The notes: a model not told the origin generated them from the letters alone. A DNA stretch of 64,000 bases from Amoebidium appalachense (GCA_963693365.1 CAVNZM010000001.1:3488907-3552906); one strand, 5' to 3'. Positions 1 through 17,323 are shown, counted from the first letter of the stretch. Translations and numbers: made by a program.

Positions 1-734
1 TATTTTGAATGCCGTCAGCTCAGATTGCGCATGATAGCTAGCGAATCGAACCTGGTATCCACCTTGCACTTGATTGGTGTATACACGGACTATGTGGCAA
101 TTAGGACGCGTTAGCACTATAATATCGGAGGGAACTTTTTTGCTCGGTAAGTGATGCAGCCCCGCACAGCCCCGGCACCCGCTTGAAACTTTGCTCTAAC
201 CTCAAGCAGAGAAAAGTTTCGAAACCCACCACACTAGGAGTATTCCCGTTTTCCTATTACATCCATAGCATGGTAGAAAGCGTTGTAAAAGCTGCACCAA
301 ACAGCTGTTCAAATTAAAAATACCTTGATTTACTCCACGAGTTGGACTCAACAAAAACGGTCTGTCTTTACGTAAACCTTCACTAAAAATGAAGTTTATC
401 AATTTTTCACAGGCTGGCTCTAGGAGGTCTGTATGGCAACCTCTGATTGGTCACATTGACAAACGGCGGGAAAACTTCCCCGGCGGTTCAACGGTTGCTG
501 AGCCTCGAGCTCTGCAAAACCCCTGGGACAGGGTCGGCAGGTGGTCAGTTTCCCGTTGCGGGCAAATCGAAAGTTTTCTTGGTCTTATAAATAACTTTTT
601 TTAAAAGAAGCTACACTTGAAACTATCAACTTGTATATTTTCCGTTTAACGCCAAAGCCCGCCTTACGTTATTCCCTTGCGTTATTTCCACACACAAGTT
701 TTCCTTCCTTGTTCCTTCTATTTTTTCGACCACA

Positions 735-1580
735 ATGGAGAACCCCACCATTCAAACATCCGTTCCACGCACAGGGGAGCCCCTTAAGGACACTTTAAAC
801 ATCGCCCCCGCCGCAAACAACGACATCGTTGTGAAACCCACCTTCTCCTACGTTCCCCCACCCTCCGACTCCGAGTCCGAGCACTCGAGCGATGACGAGA
901 TTTACGACGATTGCTCTACCGTTCGGCGCAGAATCACGCAGTTTTTGGCCACTAAGGAGATGACTCTGACAGAGTTTATCAAGGCGATAGGCCTGAGCGG
1001 CACGGGACCCTACTACCGATTTATGAAGGCAAAGGGGAAGTACGGTGGGTCGGACAACAGCACTTACTTCAAGGCCTACCACTTCTTCGAGCACAGAAAC
1101 AAGGACAAGCCAAAATCTGCGAGCAGGAAGAAGAAGGAGAAGGAGAGAAAGGAGTACCGGGAGTTGGAGAAAAAGCGTGAGGAGCAGTATATTGCGGCTA
1201 TGCAGAAAGCGGCCAAAGAGCGTGAGGCCAACCCGATCGAAAACCTCCTTCACAAGTACGACATCAAGCGGCCCTCCCAGGCCAAGTTCGCGCAGGCGTT
1301 CGCCAGATGCAACGAGCAGACATATGCGCAGCTTGGCTTTGACAAGCTGAAACTTACACCCATGGAGAAATTGCTGGCCACCGTCGATCTTTCGGCGCTT
1401 GACCTCGTTTTGAACGACCCATTCAATGATCCCGTCACCCTCCCTACGTCGTACAAGTCTGCCAAGGCGGGAATCAACAGGTGGGCTGAAAAGGAGTTCA
1501 AGTATGAAACGCACAAGAAGTTGATTTTGCTGGTGAAGGAGGTGAGGGAGAAGGTGAGCAGCGGTCTGGCTGCTGCTTGA
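735..1580 (+). CDS. Intronless 281-aa protein with DUF7726-like domain and Lys/Glu-rich putative NLS/coiled-coil
   Basis: ATG-to-TGA ORF with coding-like composition. The segment IYDDCSTVRRRITQFL...TLTEFIKAIG...YYRFMK.KG.YGGSDNSTYFKAYHFFE resembles, from memory, the fungal/protist DUF7726 motif; no HMM search was run. Confidence 0.7.
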   Translation: MENPTIQTSVPRTGEPLKDTLNIAPAANNDIVVKPTFSYVPPPSDSESEHSSDDEIYDDCSTVRRRITQFLATKEMTLTEFIKAIGLSGTGPYYRFMKAKGKYGGSDNSTYFKAYHFFEHRNKDKPKSASRKKKEKERKEYRELEKKREEQYIAAMQKAAKEREANPIENLLHKYDIKRPSQAKFAQAFARCNEQTYAQLGFDKLKLTPMEKLLATVDLSALDLVLNDPFNDPVTLPTSYKSAKAGINRWAEKEFKYETHKKLILLVKEVREKVSSGLAAA

Positions 1581-2268
1581 GGTGTGAGTGTGTTGGTGGG
1601 TGATGAGTTGGAAAGATGTTGCTGTTTAGGCCATTGACGTGTATCTGCTTGCACTCTTTAATCGGTTTTTCTGCCTATGTGTTTCCGTCTGTTTTTTTGG
1701 TGGTATATATTATGAGTGTGGGGTGGGGATGGGAGGGGATATGAAGCCTAGATTAGCCTGTGTACAATAGGAACCTTTTCTGGCTGTGAAATAGAGTGCG
1801 CAGTAAGACAAGGATCATCTATAGTTATCTAGAGGGCTGTGTGTATACCATATACAGGTATGTGGGTGTCTGTACGCAAATGCACACAAGAAACGTTATA
1901 TATGCACATCAGTGTGCTAGAATAATATCAACGAGCAGTTGTGTATTGATTATTAATAGGCACCTAGTTCTGTGTGTTATACCGTTTCTGGTTACAACGG
2001 TAAGCATCACATAGGTTATAGCAACATTCATTGCTTCCGTATGGAGGAATGAGGACTTGACAATGTTAAGAACCACACAAACCAGGCAGGTTTCATTAAT
2101 AAGGGATTACGAAGAGCGGTTTGGAGAACCGCTTCCACCATTAACCCTCTGTGGTCACTCAGTAAATAGCACGCAGGCTATGCCTAAAACATCCCGCCCC
2201 TACACACACTCGGAGAAGATTTTCAGCCCTTCATCTATGATGCCGTGAGATCTAGAGGGAGAGTGCGT

Positions 2269-2317
<49 letters not shown>

Positions 2318-2540
2318 GGGGTAAATAGCGCGAAGAGCATCTACATTTAGCAGTCTTCGGGTGAATTGGTGTGGGGGGGCAGCTATAGGGGGGATGGGGG
2401 GGGGGGGGGGGGCACAAAAGACTTGAATGAGGGGAGTGTAGGGAGATAGTACAATTTCGGAAAGTAGTACAAAGAACTTTCTTTCGCACGGGCCGGTCTT
2501 GGGGTATTGGCTCCCCAATCTTGGTTCCCACCCTTCACAC

Positions 2541-2576
<36 letters not shown>

Positions 2577-3193
2577 GCACGCACACCCAAACACATATAC
2601 GTGTACATCCCTTTTATATAAAAAGTATGAGATGAAAAGACCTGCACCCATGGGCACCCATGTGTGGAAGGGGTGGTACTGCAATGTGGCCAAGTTCAAT
2701 ATTGTTTTATCACTGTTTATTAGATATACAAGTTAGGCGCCTGCCAGCAGCCGCTCTGTGTCCCTCTTAGAAACAGGCCAATCAATACCATGCCATCTTT
2801 AAAACAACTAGAACAGAAAAGCCGTAGTGTAAATTGAACAGAAAAAACGTTTTATTGGAATTGAACTTTAAAATAAAATCTTCGTTTGGGCCATCATTCG
2901 ATTTTCGAAATATTCGTAACATATTTGTTTGGATAACTTGTAATATACCATACAATGCAAGTATGCCATCCCCCTTCCCTCCCCCGAAAAAAGAAAAAAA
3001 AATCAGGGGTAATACACCTACAGAACATTCACCTTCAATCTTTCGCCAATATTGACATTTCATTGCACTAAAGAACCCATAGATTCCCCCAAGCAAATGT
3101 CATACCATAAATCCCACAAATTAAAACCGATCCTTAAAATTCCTTCCCGCATAAATCTAAATCACTAAATGTGTGCATGGATGGGCTTTAACT

Positions 3194-9311
<6,118 letters not shown>

Positions 9312-9868
9312 TTTCTTCGTAAAGGAATATACTCAATTATTTTAGCTAGCTGCCAAGGTTTGTAAAGAAAACTCTAACACCTTTGATAATGAATAGGTGC
9401 AACGTTCTGCGGGGTTGATGGATGAGTAAACACAAATGTTGTTGACATATTTATCTACAGATTTTCAATCCGTAGAGCTGAATGCAAGCCCCTAATATAC
9501 CCCCATGCAAACAGAAAACTAAGAACTGGCATTTGCAGGACAATGCACGAGGGAGGTCTATACAGAAATCCTCGAATGTTTGAGAAAACTCTTCAGGGTT
9601 TTCATCACGAATCACTTATTGCACACGGAGTGAGTCAGCAAGGCTACACATGGATTGGAACGAAGCCTTCACACACACACACGAGAGCATGGGCTTTGTT
9701 GGGGAAGGCGCAGAATTTGGGGATCTTGGATTTGATTGGTAGCCTTAAATAGCGCTAGTTGGTTGGTCAAGAGCGCATCTTTGATAGATGAAGAAAATTG
9801 GGAACCCTGGGAACGGCCGCGGCACAGCGATTTATATTTTAGTCCATTTCATTGGTGTATGTATATGC

Positions 9869-10242
9869 TGTTGGACATCGTGTTCATAGAAGCTAGTTCT
9901 AGTGCACGTTGTTCCTTCTGTAAGTCAGAAATGATTGCATCTTGTGAGGCCAACCTCTGCTCCAGTAGTTGGACTAGTTGCTGCAACTGTAAGTTGTCAG
10001 ACATAGTGTCGTGTATGATGGGTAACTTGTCTATGTGTTTTGTGCACTGAAAACGACAGTAGAAAAGTGTAAATCAAACGTTCTGCTTCCCATCATACAC
10101 GACACTATGTCTGACAACTTACAGTTGCAGCAACTAGTCCAACTACTGGAGCAGAGGTTGGCCTCACAAGATGCAATCATTTCTGACTTACAGAAGGAAC
10201 AACGTGCACTAGAACTAGCTTCTATGAACACGATGTCCAACA
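9869..10242. repeat. Left terminal fold-back: 154-bp perfect inverted repeat (9869-10022 / 10089-10242) with 66-nt loop
   Basis: Reverse-complement identity by eye. The inner arm ends GTCCAACA immediately before the PBS, so it is U5-like. Confidence 0.95.
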
Positions 10243-13200
10243 GGGTTATGGGCCCCTCACGTAATGATTCCATCAAGTTCAAGGTCGACATCCCTCTCTT
10301 CACTGGCATTGATAATGATTCAGGCACGGACTACCACACATGGGCCGAAACCATGTATGTCCAGCTTTCTGGTGCTGGTCTTCTCCACACCATCGCGCCC
10401 AGTACGGAGCACCCGGCTACCCGTGAACAGGTCGACACTGCCCGTTCCTACCTGTGGCAAGCACTCTCGGTTGACGTGCGTTGTATCCTAGGGTTAACAC
10501 GCACCACCACACCTGCGGAGATATGGTCGGCCCTATCTGCCCACTACCTGGAGCAATCTGAGGCCAATCAGTACGACCTTATCGGGCTGTACATGAATTC
10601 TACGCCTGAACCTACGGACACCGCGACGAAATACGCCATGAAGCTCCGCGGCTACGTGCGACGCCTGGCCGATTACGGCACACAAATTGGTGATGCTCAA
10701 GTGCTGACCAAGCTCACCAACGACCTCGGCAAGGTGCCTTACTACGAAATGCCTGTCATTGCCTACAAGATGACACCCAAGCCTACCGTAATGGGCCTCC
10801 TCCAACAGCTACGGGCATATGAGACCAGCCACCCACGTGCACGTGTGACTACCAGCTCCGGGCCGGCCGCCTTCACCACACGGGCTCCTCAACCTGTCAT
10901 CTGCCACGGCTGCGGCAAACCAGGCCACATCAAGTCTCAGTGCCCCAACGGCAACGGCCAACACAGCAACTCTGGCAACAACCGTGCCAGCACCTACCCC
11001 AAGGGTTCCTGCGTCAACCACCCACTGTCTACCAGTCACACTACCGCCATGTGCAAGGGGGGCAACCGTGCCAACGGCCGCAAACCTAAGGGTGGTCCCC
11101 TCCCGCCTGGGTCCTGCATCAACCACCCAGCCTCTACTACCCACACTACGGCACAGTGCAAGGGGGGGCTGCCGCTCCCCGGGCTTTCCTCATGTCTAGC
11201 AACGACTGTGGCACCAACAAGGTGCTCCTCGACTCTGGAGCCACTGACCATGTGTGCCCCCGGCCCGATGTGTTCGTCAACATGCGTGCGGCGCCTTACT
11301 CCACGGTCCAAGTAGCCGACAAGGGTGCATGTGCAGTGCTTGGGGTGGGCGACGTGTTCTTTTCCAGCACCATCGACGGCGTTACTGCGGTGCATCAGCT
11401 GACGGATGTACTCTACGTGCCCTCCATCCCCGACACTCTCATCAGTGTGTTCACGGCATCTACCAACGGCGTTTTACCCCGCTTTGACACCCGCGGCGGC
11501 GTTCAGTTGTGCTACGGCGATCAAATTCTGGCCACCGGCTCGGCTGTCGGCACCAAGCTGTACCACATGGCGGTGTCTCTTCTGCGCGCGGACACAACCC
11601 CGGACGCCCAAACCACCACTGCTCCGCGTATCCTCAAGGTTACTGCCGACCTCAACACGTGGCACTACCGTCTGGGCCATGCTGGCATTGACGCTGTACG
11701 CTCGGTCATCAAGTCTGCAGGCCTGTTGGTGGGTGGCGGTGCCAAGTCTCCGGGTGTGTGTGAGCCCTGTGCCCTCGGCAAAGCCCACCGTGTTGCCTTC
11801 TCCGAATCAACTAGCCAAGCTCCCCGGGTCCTAGCCAAGGTTCACAGCGACATCAGCGGCCCCTTCCCTCCCGCGATCGGTGGTGCTCAGTACTTGGCGA
11901 CGTTCCACGACGAATTCACCGGCCACACCACGGCCGTGCCCCTCGTCAAGAAGTCGGACACACTGGCTGCATATGTGACGTACCACAAGGCGGCGGTTAC
12001 CCAACACGGTGTTCCCATGCAGGTGTTTCAGTCCGACGGGGGGGCGAGTACATGGGCACGGCCTTCGGGGACTACAACCGTGAGCATGGCATTCGCCATC
12101 AGATCACTACCACCGGCTCTCCTCAACAGAATGGGACTGCCGAACGACTGAACCGGACCCTCCTCGACATGGTTCGGGCACTCCTGCAGCAGTCCGGCCT
12201 TCCGGTGGGATTCTGGGCCGAGGCAGCTGTGACCGCGGCTTTTATACGCAACATGCTCCCGTCGCGAGCCACCGGCAGCCAATCGTCTCCCGCCCTGCTG
12301 TGGACCGGCATTCCTCCCGACTACAGCCGGCTCCGTGTCTGGGGCTCTCCCTGCTACGTCCATCAACAGGATACACCGAAACTGGCGCCTCGTGCCGTCA
12401 AGGGCATCTTCGTGGGCTACCCTCCTAACATCAAGGGCTACAAGGTCTGGATTCCAGCAGCACACAAGATGACCGTCAGCCGTGACGTGCAGTTCGACGA
12501 GGCTGCTATTCTGCACCCCCTCCGTGATGTCCCATCTGATTGGTCGACCGCACCGGCAATTCATCATTTTTTGGAGTCATCTGATTCGTCAAATCAGCCA
12601 GCCAATCACATCGTCCGGAATGATCAGCAATCTGATTCGTCTCGTCTGTCAGCCAATGGGACAGCGCCGAGTGATCAATTGGACATTCCGATCCTGCCCG
12701 AGCCTGCACATCGGCTCCCCCGGACGACCCGTAGTGGCGCTGTGTACAACGACCAACGTCGAGGCCCGACTGCCAACGTGGCTGCTGCTACGGCCCCCCT
12801 TGCCCCCCAGGCTACGGCTCCTGCATCAACACCCATCAAGGCTTCCACCATTGTTGTCCCCAAGACTGTCCGGGCTGCACTCAAGAGTCCCCAGCGTCTG
12901 AAATGGGAGGAGGCTGCACACCGTGAGCTCAAGGCCCTGGAAGACAACTGCACCTTCACCCTTGTGCCCCGTCCAGAGGATGGCTCCACTGTCATTCCGG
13001 TCGGCTGGGTCTTTACGGTCAAGCAGGACAACCGTGTCGGCAACGTCACTGCTTTCAAGGCCCGGCTTGTGGCCCGGGGCAACTACCAGCAGCCTGGCCA
13101 GGACTATTTCGTCACCGAGTCACCTGTGGCTGCGCTGGCTACCATCCGGCTGGTTTTGGCTACCTCCGTGGCCCAAGGTCTGCCTCTGCGCCACATCGAC

Positions 13201-14406
13201 GTCAACACAGCATTCCTCAACGGCACCGTCAACGAGACCATCTACATTGAGCAGCCCCCTGGCTTCGTCAACCCCTCGGCCCCCCATGCTGTCGGCTTGC
13301 TCCACAAGGCGCTCTACGGCCTAAAACAGGCACCGCGCCAGTGGTATGAGGCCCTCCGTGACCATCTCCTCGACCAAGGCTTCATTGTGAGTGCTGCTGA
13401 CCCGTGCCTGTTCATCAAGAATGCCGGGACCCCAACGTTTATTGCCCTTGCTGCCTACGTGGATGACTTCACCGTGACGGCCGCCACTGATGCGCTCATC
13501 GACGATTTTTTCACCAAGCTGGATGCTCGTTTCTCTGCCAAGGACCTGGGTCGTCCTACCCTGCTCATCGGGCACACTCTTACCTGGCTGGAGGACGGGT
13601 CTCTGCGTCTGGGCCATCGTCAACACATCATCGACTTGGCTGCCCGTTTTCGTCTCACCCACATGTCCGGCACCAAGACCCCCATCGTCCCGGGCCAGGC
13701 CAGTGAAAGCAACAAGACCCCAGCCTACAGCAAGAAGGAGGACTATGCCAGCCTGGTCGGTGCCCTGCTGTGGATTGCGCGTACCACCCGCCCCGACATT
13801 TCCCAGGCTCTGGGAGTCCTTACTCGACACATTCATGCGCCCACCGTCACCCACTGGACTATGGCTACCAGAGTTGTAAGCTACCTGCTGGCCACCATCG
13901 ACCTGGGTATTGTCTACCGTCCCGGCCCCCCCAACCTTGTTGGCTACTCCGACTCCGACTACGCCGAGGACCGCGACACCCGGCGCTCCACCACGGGCTA
14001 TGTCTTCTTCATCAACTCCTCCCCTGTGTCCTGGGTGTCTCGGCTCCAGTCCATCACCACCCACAGCTCCACTGAGGCTGAATTTGTGGCCATGTCTGCT
14101 GCTACGAACGAGGCCCTATGGCTCAACTATGTGATGGACGACCTGGGCCTTAATCCTATCAATGAGCCCACCCCGGTGCCCATCCATGGGGACAATGAGT
14201 CTGCCCGGGCCCTGCTGGACACCCTGGGGGTTAAGCCCAAGACCAAGCACATCGACGTCCGCTACTGCTCCGTCAAGGAACATCACCTGCTGGGCAACAT
14301 CACTGTGGTCCCGGTGGCTTCTGCTGACAACAAGGCCGACATGTTCACCAAGGCCCTGTCTGCCTCTTTCTTCACCAAGGCCGTGGGGATGCTCAACATG
14401 TGCTGA
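10107..14406 (+). CDS. Copia Gag-Pol polyprotein (coiled coil, capsid, zinc knuckles, protease, integrase, RT, RNase H), split by two apparent 1-nt deletions in G7 runs
   Basis: ATG at 10107. Motifs: CCHC knuckle CHGCGKPGHIKSQC; protease LLDSGATDH; integrase WHYRLGH..CEPC.LGK..VHSDISGP..SDGG(GEY)..QQNGTAERLNRTL; RT FKARLVARG..LYGLKQAPRQW..YVDD; RNase H GYSDSD..RRSTTGY..STEAEF..KHIDVRY..ADMFTK. Frame changes fall at G runs 11162-11168 and 12038-12044; adding one G to each joins the three ORFs. Confidence 0.9.
10244..10255 (+). promoter_or_regulatory. Primer-binding site 1 (copia/hemivirus type, internal tRNA-iMet fragment primer)
   Basis: GGTTATGGGCCC lies 1 nt after ...CCAACA and matches the PBS of Drosophila copia. 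Confidence 0.85.
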
Positions 14407-14592
14407 GCACCCGTCATCAACCAACTGCGCCCTCATACTTCAGGGGGGGGGAGAGAGTTGCATCCGACTGTGCAACTACGTGTACCATACTAAAATTGAG
14501 TAGGGGAATCTTTATTGTCTGTATTTTGTGCACCTGAAGCACTCGAGCTCAGTTGCATTAATTCATACCACAATTATCCAATTGAGTAGGGG

Positions 14593-15594
14593 TGTTGGAG
14601 TACACTGGTACTCCCGGCTAGCAATGTCTGTTAGAGAAAGTTTCTGAGCAATTGAATAACTGTTTCAACACTCACTCGAGTGCATAGAGCTTTTGTTTAC
14701 GGTCACATTCATATATGGTAGTTATATGTTTGAGCCAAAACTGTACCAATGACGAGCTTCACTAGCAACGTGCTAATTGTGCTCATTAATTAATATTCCC
14801 GGTTCAGATGATGTCCATGGAGTTCAGTCATGGAGTTAACACACTGAAAGCAGTAAAAAAAACGGGTCAGCGCCCAAGCGCGCCACGACGACCCTAGTCA
14901 CAGCGGACTCTACTTCCAACAGGGTTATGGGCCCAGACACGACACCGCGGCCTCTAACTTCACGTCCCCTACGACGCCTTGAACGGAGGAGCCAGAAACC
15001 GACTTCTAGGCTGTACCCTACACCCGCGAGCGTATTTCCGTGAAGTAGAGACTTTCGCTTCCACAAACTCCATCCGCAGCAGCCTGCGACATCAACGTCA
15101 AGTATTCCACTTCATTGGCGGGGCACGCACCACAGTGGAATGCACACCCCGGTCTACCCTGCAAGCAGCCACACTCACTCTCTCTTCTCTAGTGGTGTGT
15201 ACACTTCTCCAATTGGGTAGGGGTGTTGGAGTGCAGACTTACGCTCACTCCACAATATGTGTATGTTAGCTTTACAATTGGTTCCGTGTACACAGACACA
15301 CGCTGACACTCGATCACCACATGCACATCTGCATAGTTGAGGAATGTTGCCAATTGTGTTTTGACTGCAAACGATTGGTTCACTGGTCCCAGAGATCTCT
15401 AAATGAAAGTAACCAATCCGATTAGCGCCTGGCATCCGGATTACATTCCAGACTGCTGCCCCACGGGTATATAAGCCACGTCTCTGCCAGGTGCAGACAT
15501 GGAGTTAAGTCATGGAGTTCAGTCATGGAGTTAACACACTGAAAGCAGTAAAAAACGGGTCAGCGCCCAAGCGCGCCACGACGACCCTAGTCAC

Positions 15595-15625
<31 letters not shown>

Positions 15626-15846
15626 CATCATCTGAACCGGGAATATTAATTAATGAGCACAATTAGCACGTTGCTAGTGAAGCTCGTCATTGGTACAGTT
15701 TTGGCTCAAACATATAACTACCATATATGAATGTGACCGTAAACAAAAGCTCTATGCACTCGAGTGAGTGTTGAAACAGTTATTCAATTGCTCAGAAACT
15801 TTCTCTAACAGACATTGCTAGCCGGGAGTACCAGTGTACTCCAACA
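14593..15846. repeat. Right terminal fold-back: 223-bp perfect inverted repeat (14593-14815 / 15624-15846) with 808-nt loop
   Basis: The inner arm starts TGTTGGAGTACAC right after the PPT, so it is U3-like. The outer arm is its reverse complement, with no mismatch seen by eye. Confidence 0.95.
14816..15623 (+). mobile_element. cDNA copy of a full TRIM-like non-autonomous LTR element transcript (R-U5-PBS-internal-PPT-U3-R-polyA)
   Basis: R 14816-14901 repeats at 15511-15594, differing only in A-run length. U5 14902-14921 ends CCAACA. PBS GGTTATGGGCCCAG is at 14923-14936 and PPT GGGTAGGGG at 15215-15223. U3 starts TGTTGGAG at 15224 with TATATAA at 15468-15474. A 29-nt poly(A) is at 15595-15623. 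Confidence 0.88.
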
Positions 15847-16433
15847 TATGCATGTACAGTACTTGTTGTTGCCAGAGAAACAAATAATAGGTTTTTTTGA
15901 TTTTTGTGTTTAAATATTTCAGGCCAATACCGTATTGTCATATGGTTGAAAATGATGCTGCCTTCGCTGGTGCAACGGTTCAGAAAGTTTCACACCCTGT
16001 TTTGAAACTGTGCATGAAATCTGATTGGTCAACAGAGCATCGCTTTAAGCAGCACTAACAGTGGATATGTTCCTCGGGTGTTCTGCGTCTGACGCAAGAC
16101 CTGGCCGGCGCCAGCCCTGGCCGGCCCGGGGTAGCCACCGTGAGCGGTTGGGCGGCACTGCCATGGCAAAGCCTATTATTAGTCATCACTGAGTCACATG
16201 CGAAAGTCAGTAGTGATGGGACCGTCCGCTGGCACGTAAGTGTGGAGCCAAAAGCTCTTCTTTGCAAGGTTGCCTAGCAGAACCAGCGCAGAGCTAGCAA
16301 CCCAGTAACATAGATGCATCCTAATAATTTAAAATCCTCGAGCTCGAGCTCCGGCGGGTGTTGACATAATAAACATGTACTATGGGCGTTCGCCCACGGT
16401 GGAGGAAGGGGCGAGGGCGCGCGCGGGGGGGAA

Positions 16434-16505
<72 letters not shown>

Positions 16506-17290
16506 GGGTGAACAGGATGGGGTGGGTGGCGTGCTGCTGGCTACGGCTAGCTATCGCCGGTGTACATGTACAGATAACATCACTTCTTCTGGAAATGGAA
16601 GGGCTATAGGGATATCTATCGATTTTGGCCATGGAGGCATATGCATTTCAGATATTGTCAAGTATGAACAGGGAGAGATCCGGAGGGGGGCCGCGGGGGG
16701 GGGGGGGGGGGGGGGGGGGGGGAGGGAAGGGGGGGGACTCGAAGGGGAGGGTTTACGTTCCGCGACCCAATTGCATGAGTCTACCAAGGAGCCTCACGGT
16801 GAGACCAATCGGACGTACTATACTGTTAAAATATTAATATTATGATGATAGTTGAAACGTGATTGGTGTGTCACAGCTAGTGTATTATTATTCAATTTTT
16901 GTTATATTTTATTTTAATCAGTGATCGCGCGAGATCAACAATTATTCAGCATTTCAAGTATATGTTGAATTTTAATTAGCCAAAGTTTTTCTTTTTTTGG
17001 GGGGGGGGAGGAGGGAGGGGGGGGGGGGGGAGGGGGGAGGGGAGGGGAGGGGGAGCTCGAGGGGGACTGGACGCATACGTACAGGAAACGGTAACCGTGA
17101 TACTTCGTTAAATAATTAGCCGGGTCCGGGGCCACACATACCTGGACTGCCAGATAGTATCACAAAATAAACCGGCGTGGGATAAAAAAACTATGCTTCA
17201 CCAGTCTGAGAGAGAGTGCACGAAACACACTATCTACAATAATCATACTTCATATTACGGGTCCCCCACGCGCATATGCCCATACCGGCT

Positions 17291-17323
<33 letters not shown>

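Larger units (their letters stand above)
9869..15846 (+). mobile_element. Ty1/copia-type retrotransposon with fold-back (inverted) termini instead of direct LTRs; 5-bp TSD TATGC
   Basis: Starts TGTTGGAC at 9869 and ends CTCCAACA at 15846. TATGC occurs at 9864-9868 and 15847-15851. The copia-type PBS GGTTATGGGCCC follows 10242, the PPT GAGTAGGGG is at 14584-14592, and domain order is gag-PR-IN-RT-RH. Confidence 0.93.

Noticed and set aside
795-1514. 239-aa antisense ORF, and similar shadow ORFs over the copia pol
   Set aside because: These are shadow frames of real coding sequences with no recognisable motifs.
9736-10050. 104-aa ORF sharing a peptide with the minus-strand ORF 10031-10327
   Set aside because: It is a by-product of the 154-bp inverted repeat (antisense of the gag N-terminus).
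14593-14921. Apparent conventional 3' LTR (TGTTGG...CCAACA, 329 bp)
   Set aside because: It has no matching 5' copy. It is a chimera of the U3 arm (to 14815) and the TRIM R-U5, and it is followed by a PBS rather than the TSD.
9869-15846. DIRS/tyrosine-recombinase element or pure assembly fold-back artefact
   Set aside because: It encodes a DDE integrase in copia order with no tyrosine recombinase. Exact TG...CA ends with a matching 5-bp TSD on both sides are unlikely for a read chimera, though read confirmation is still needed.
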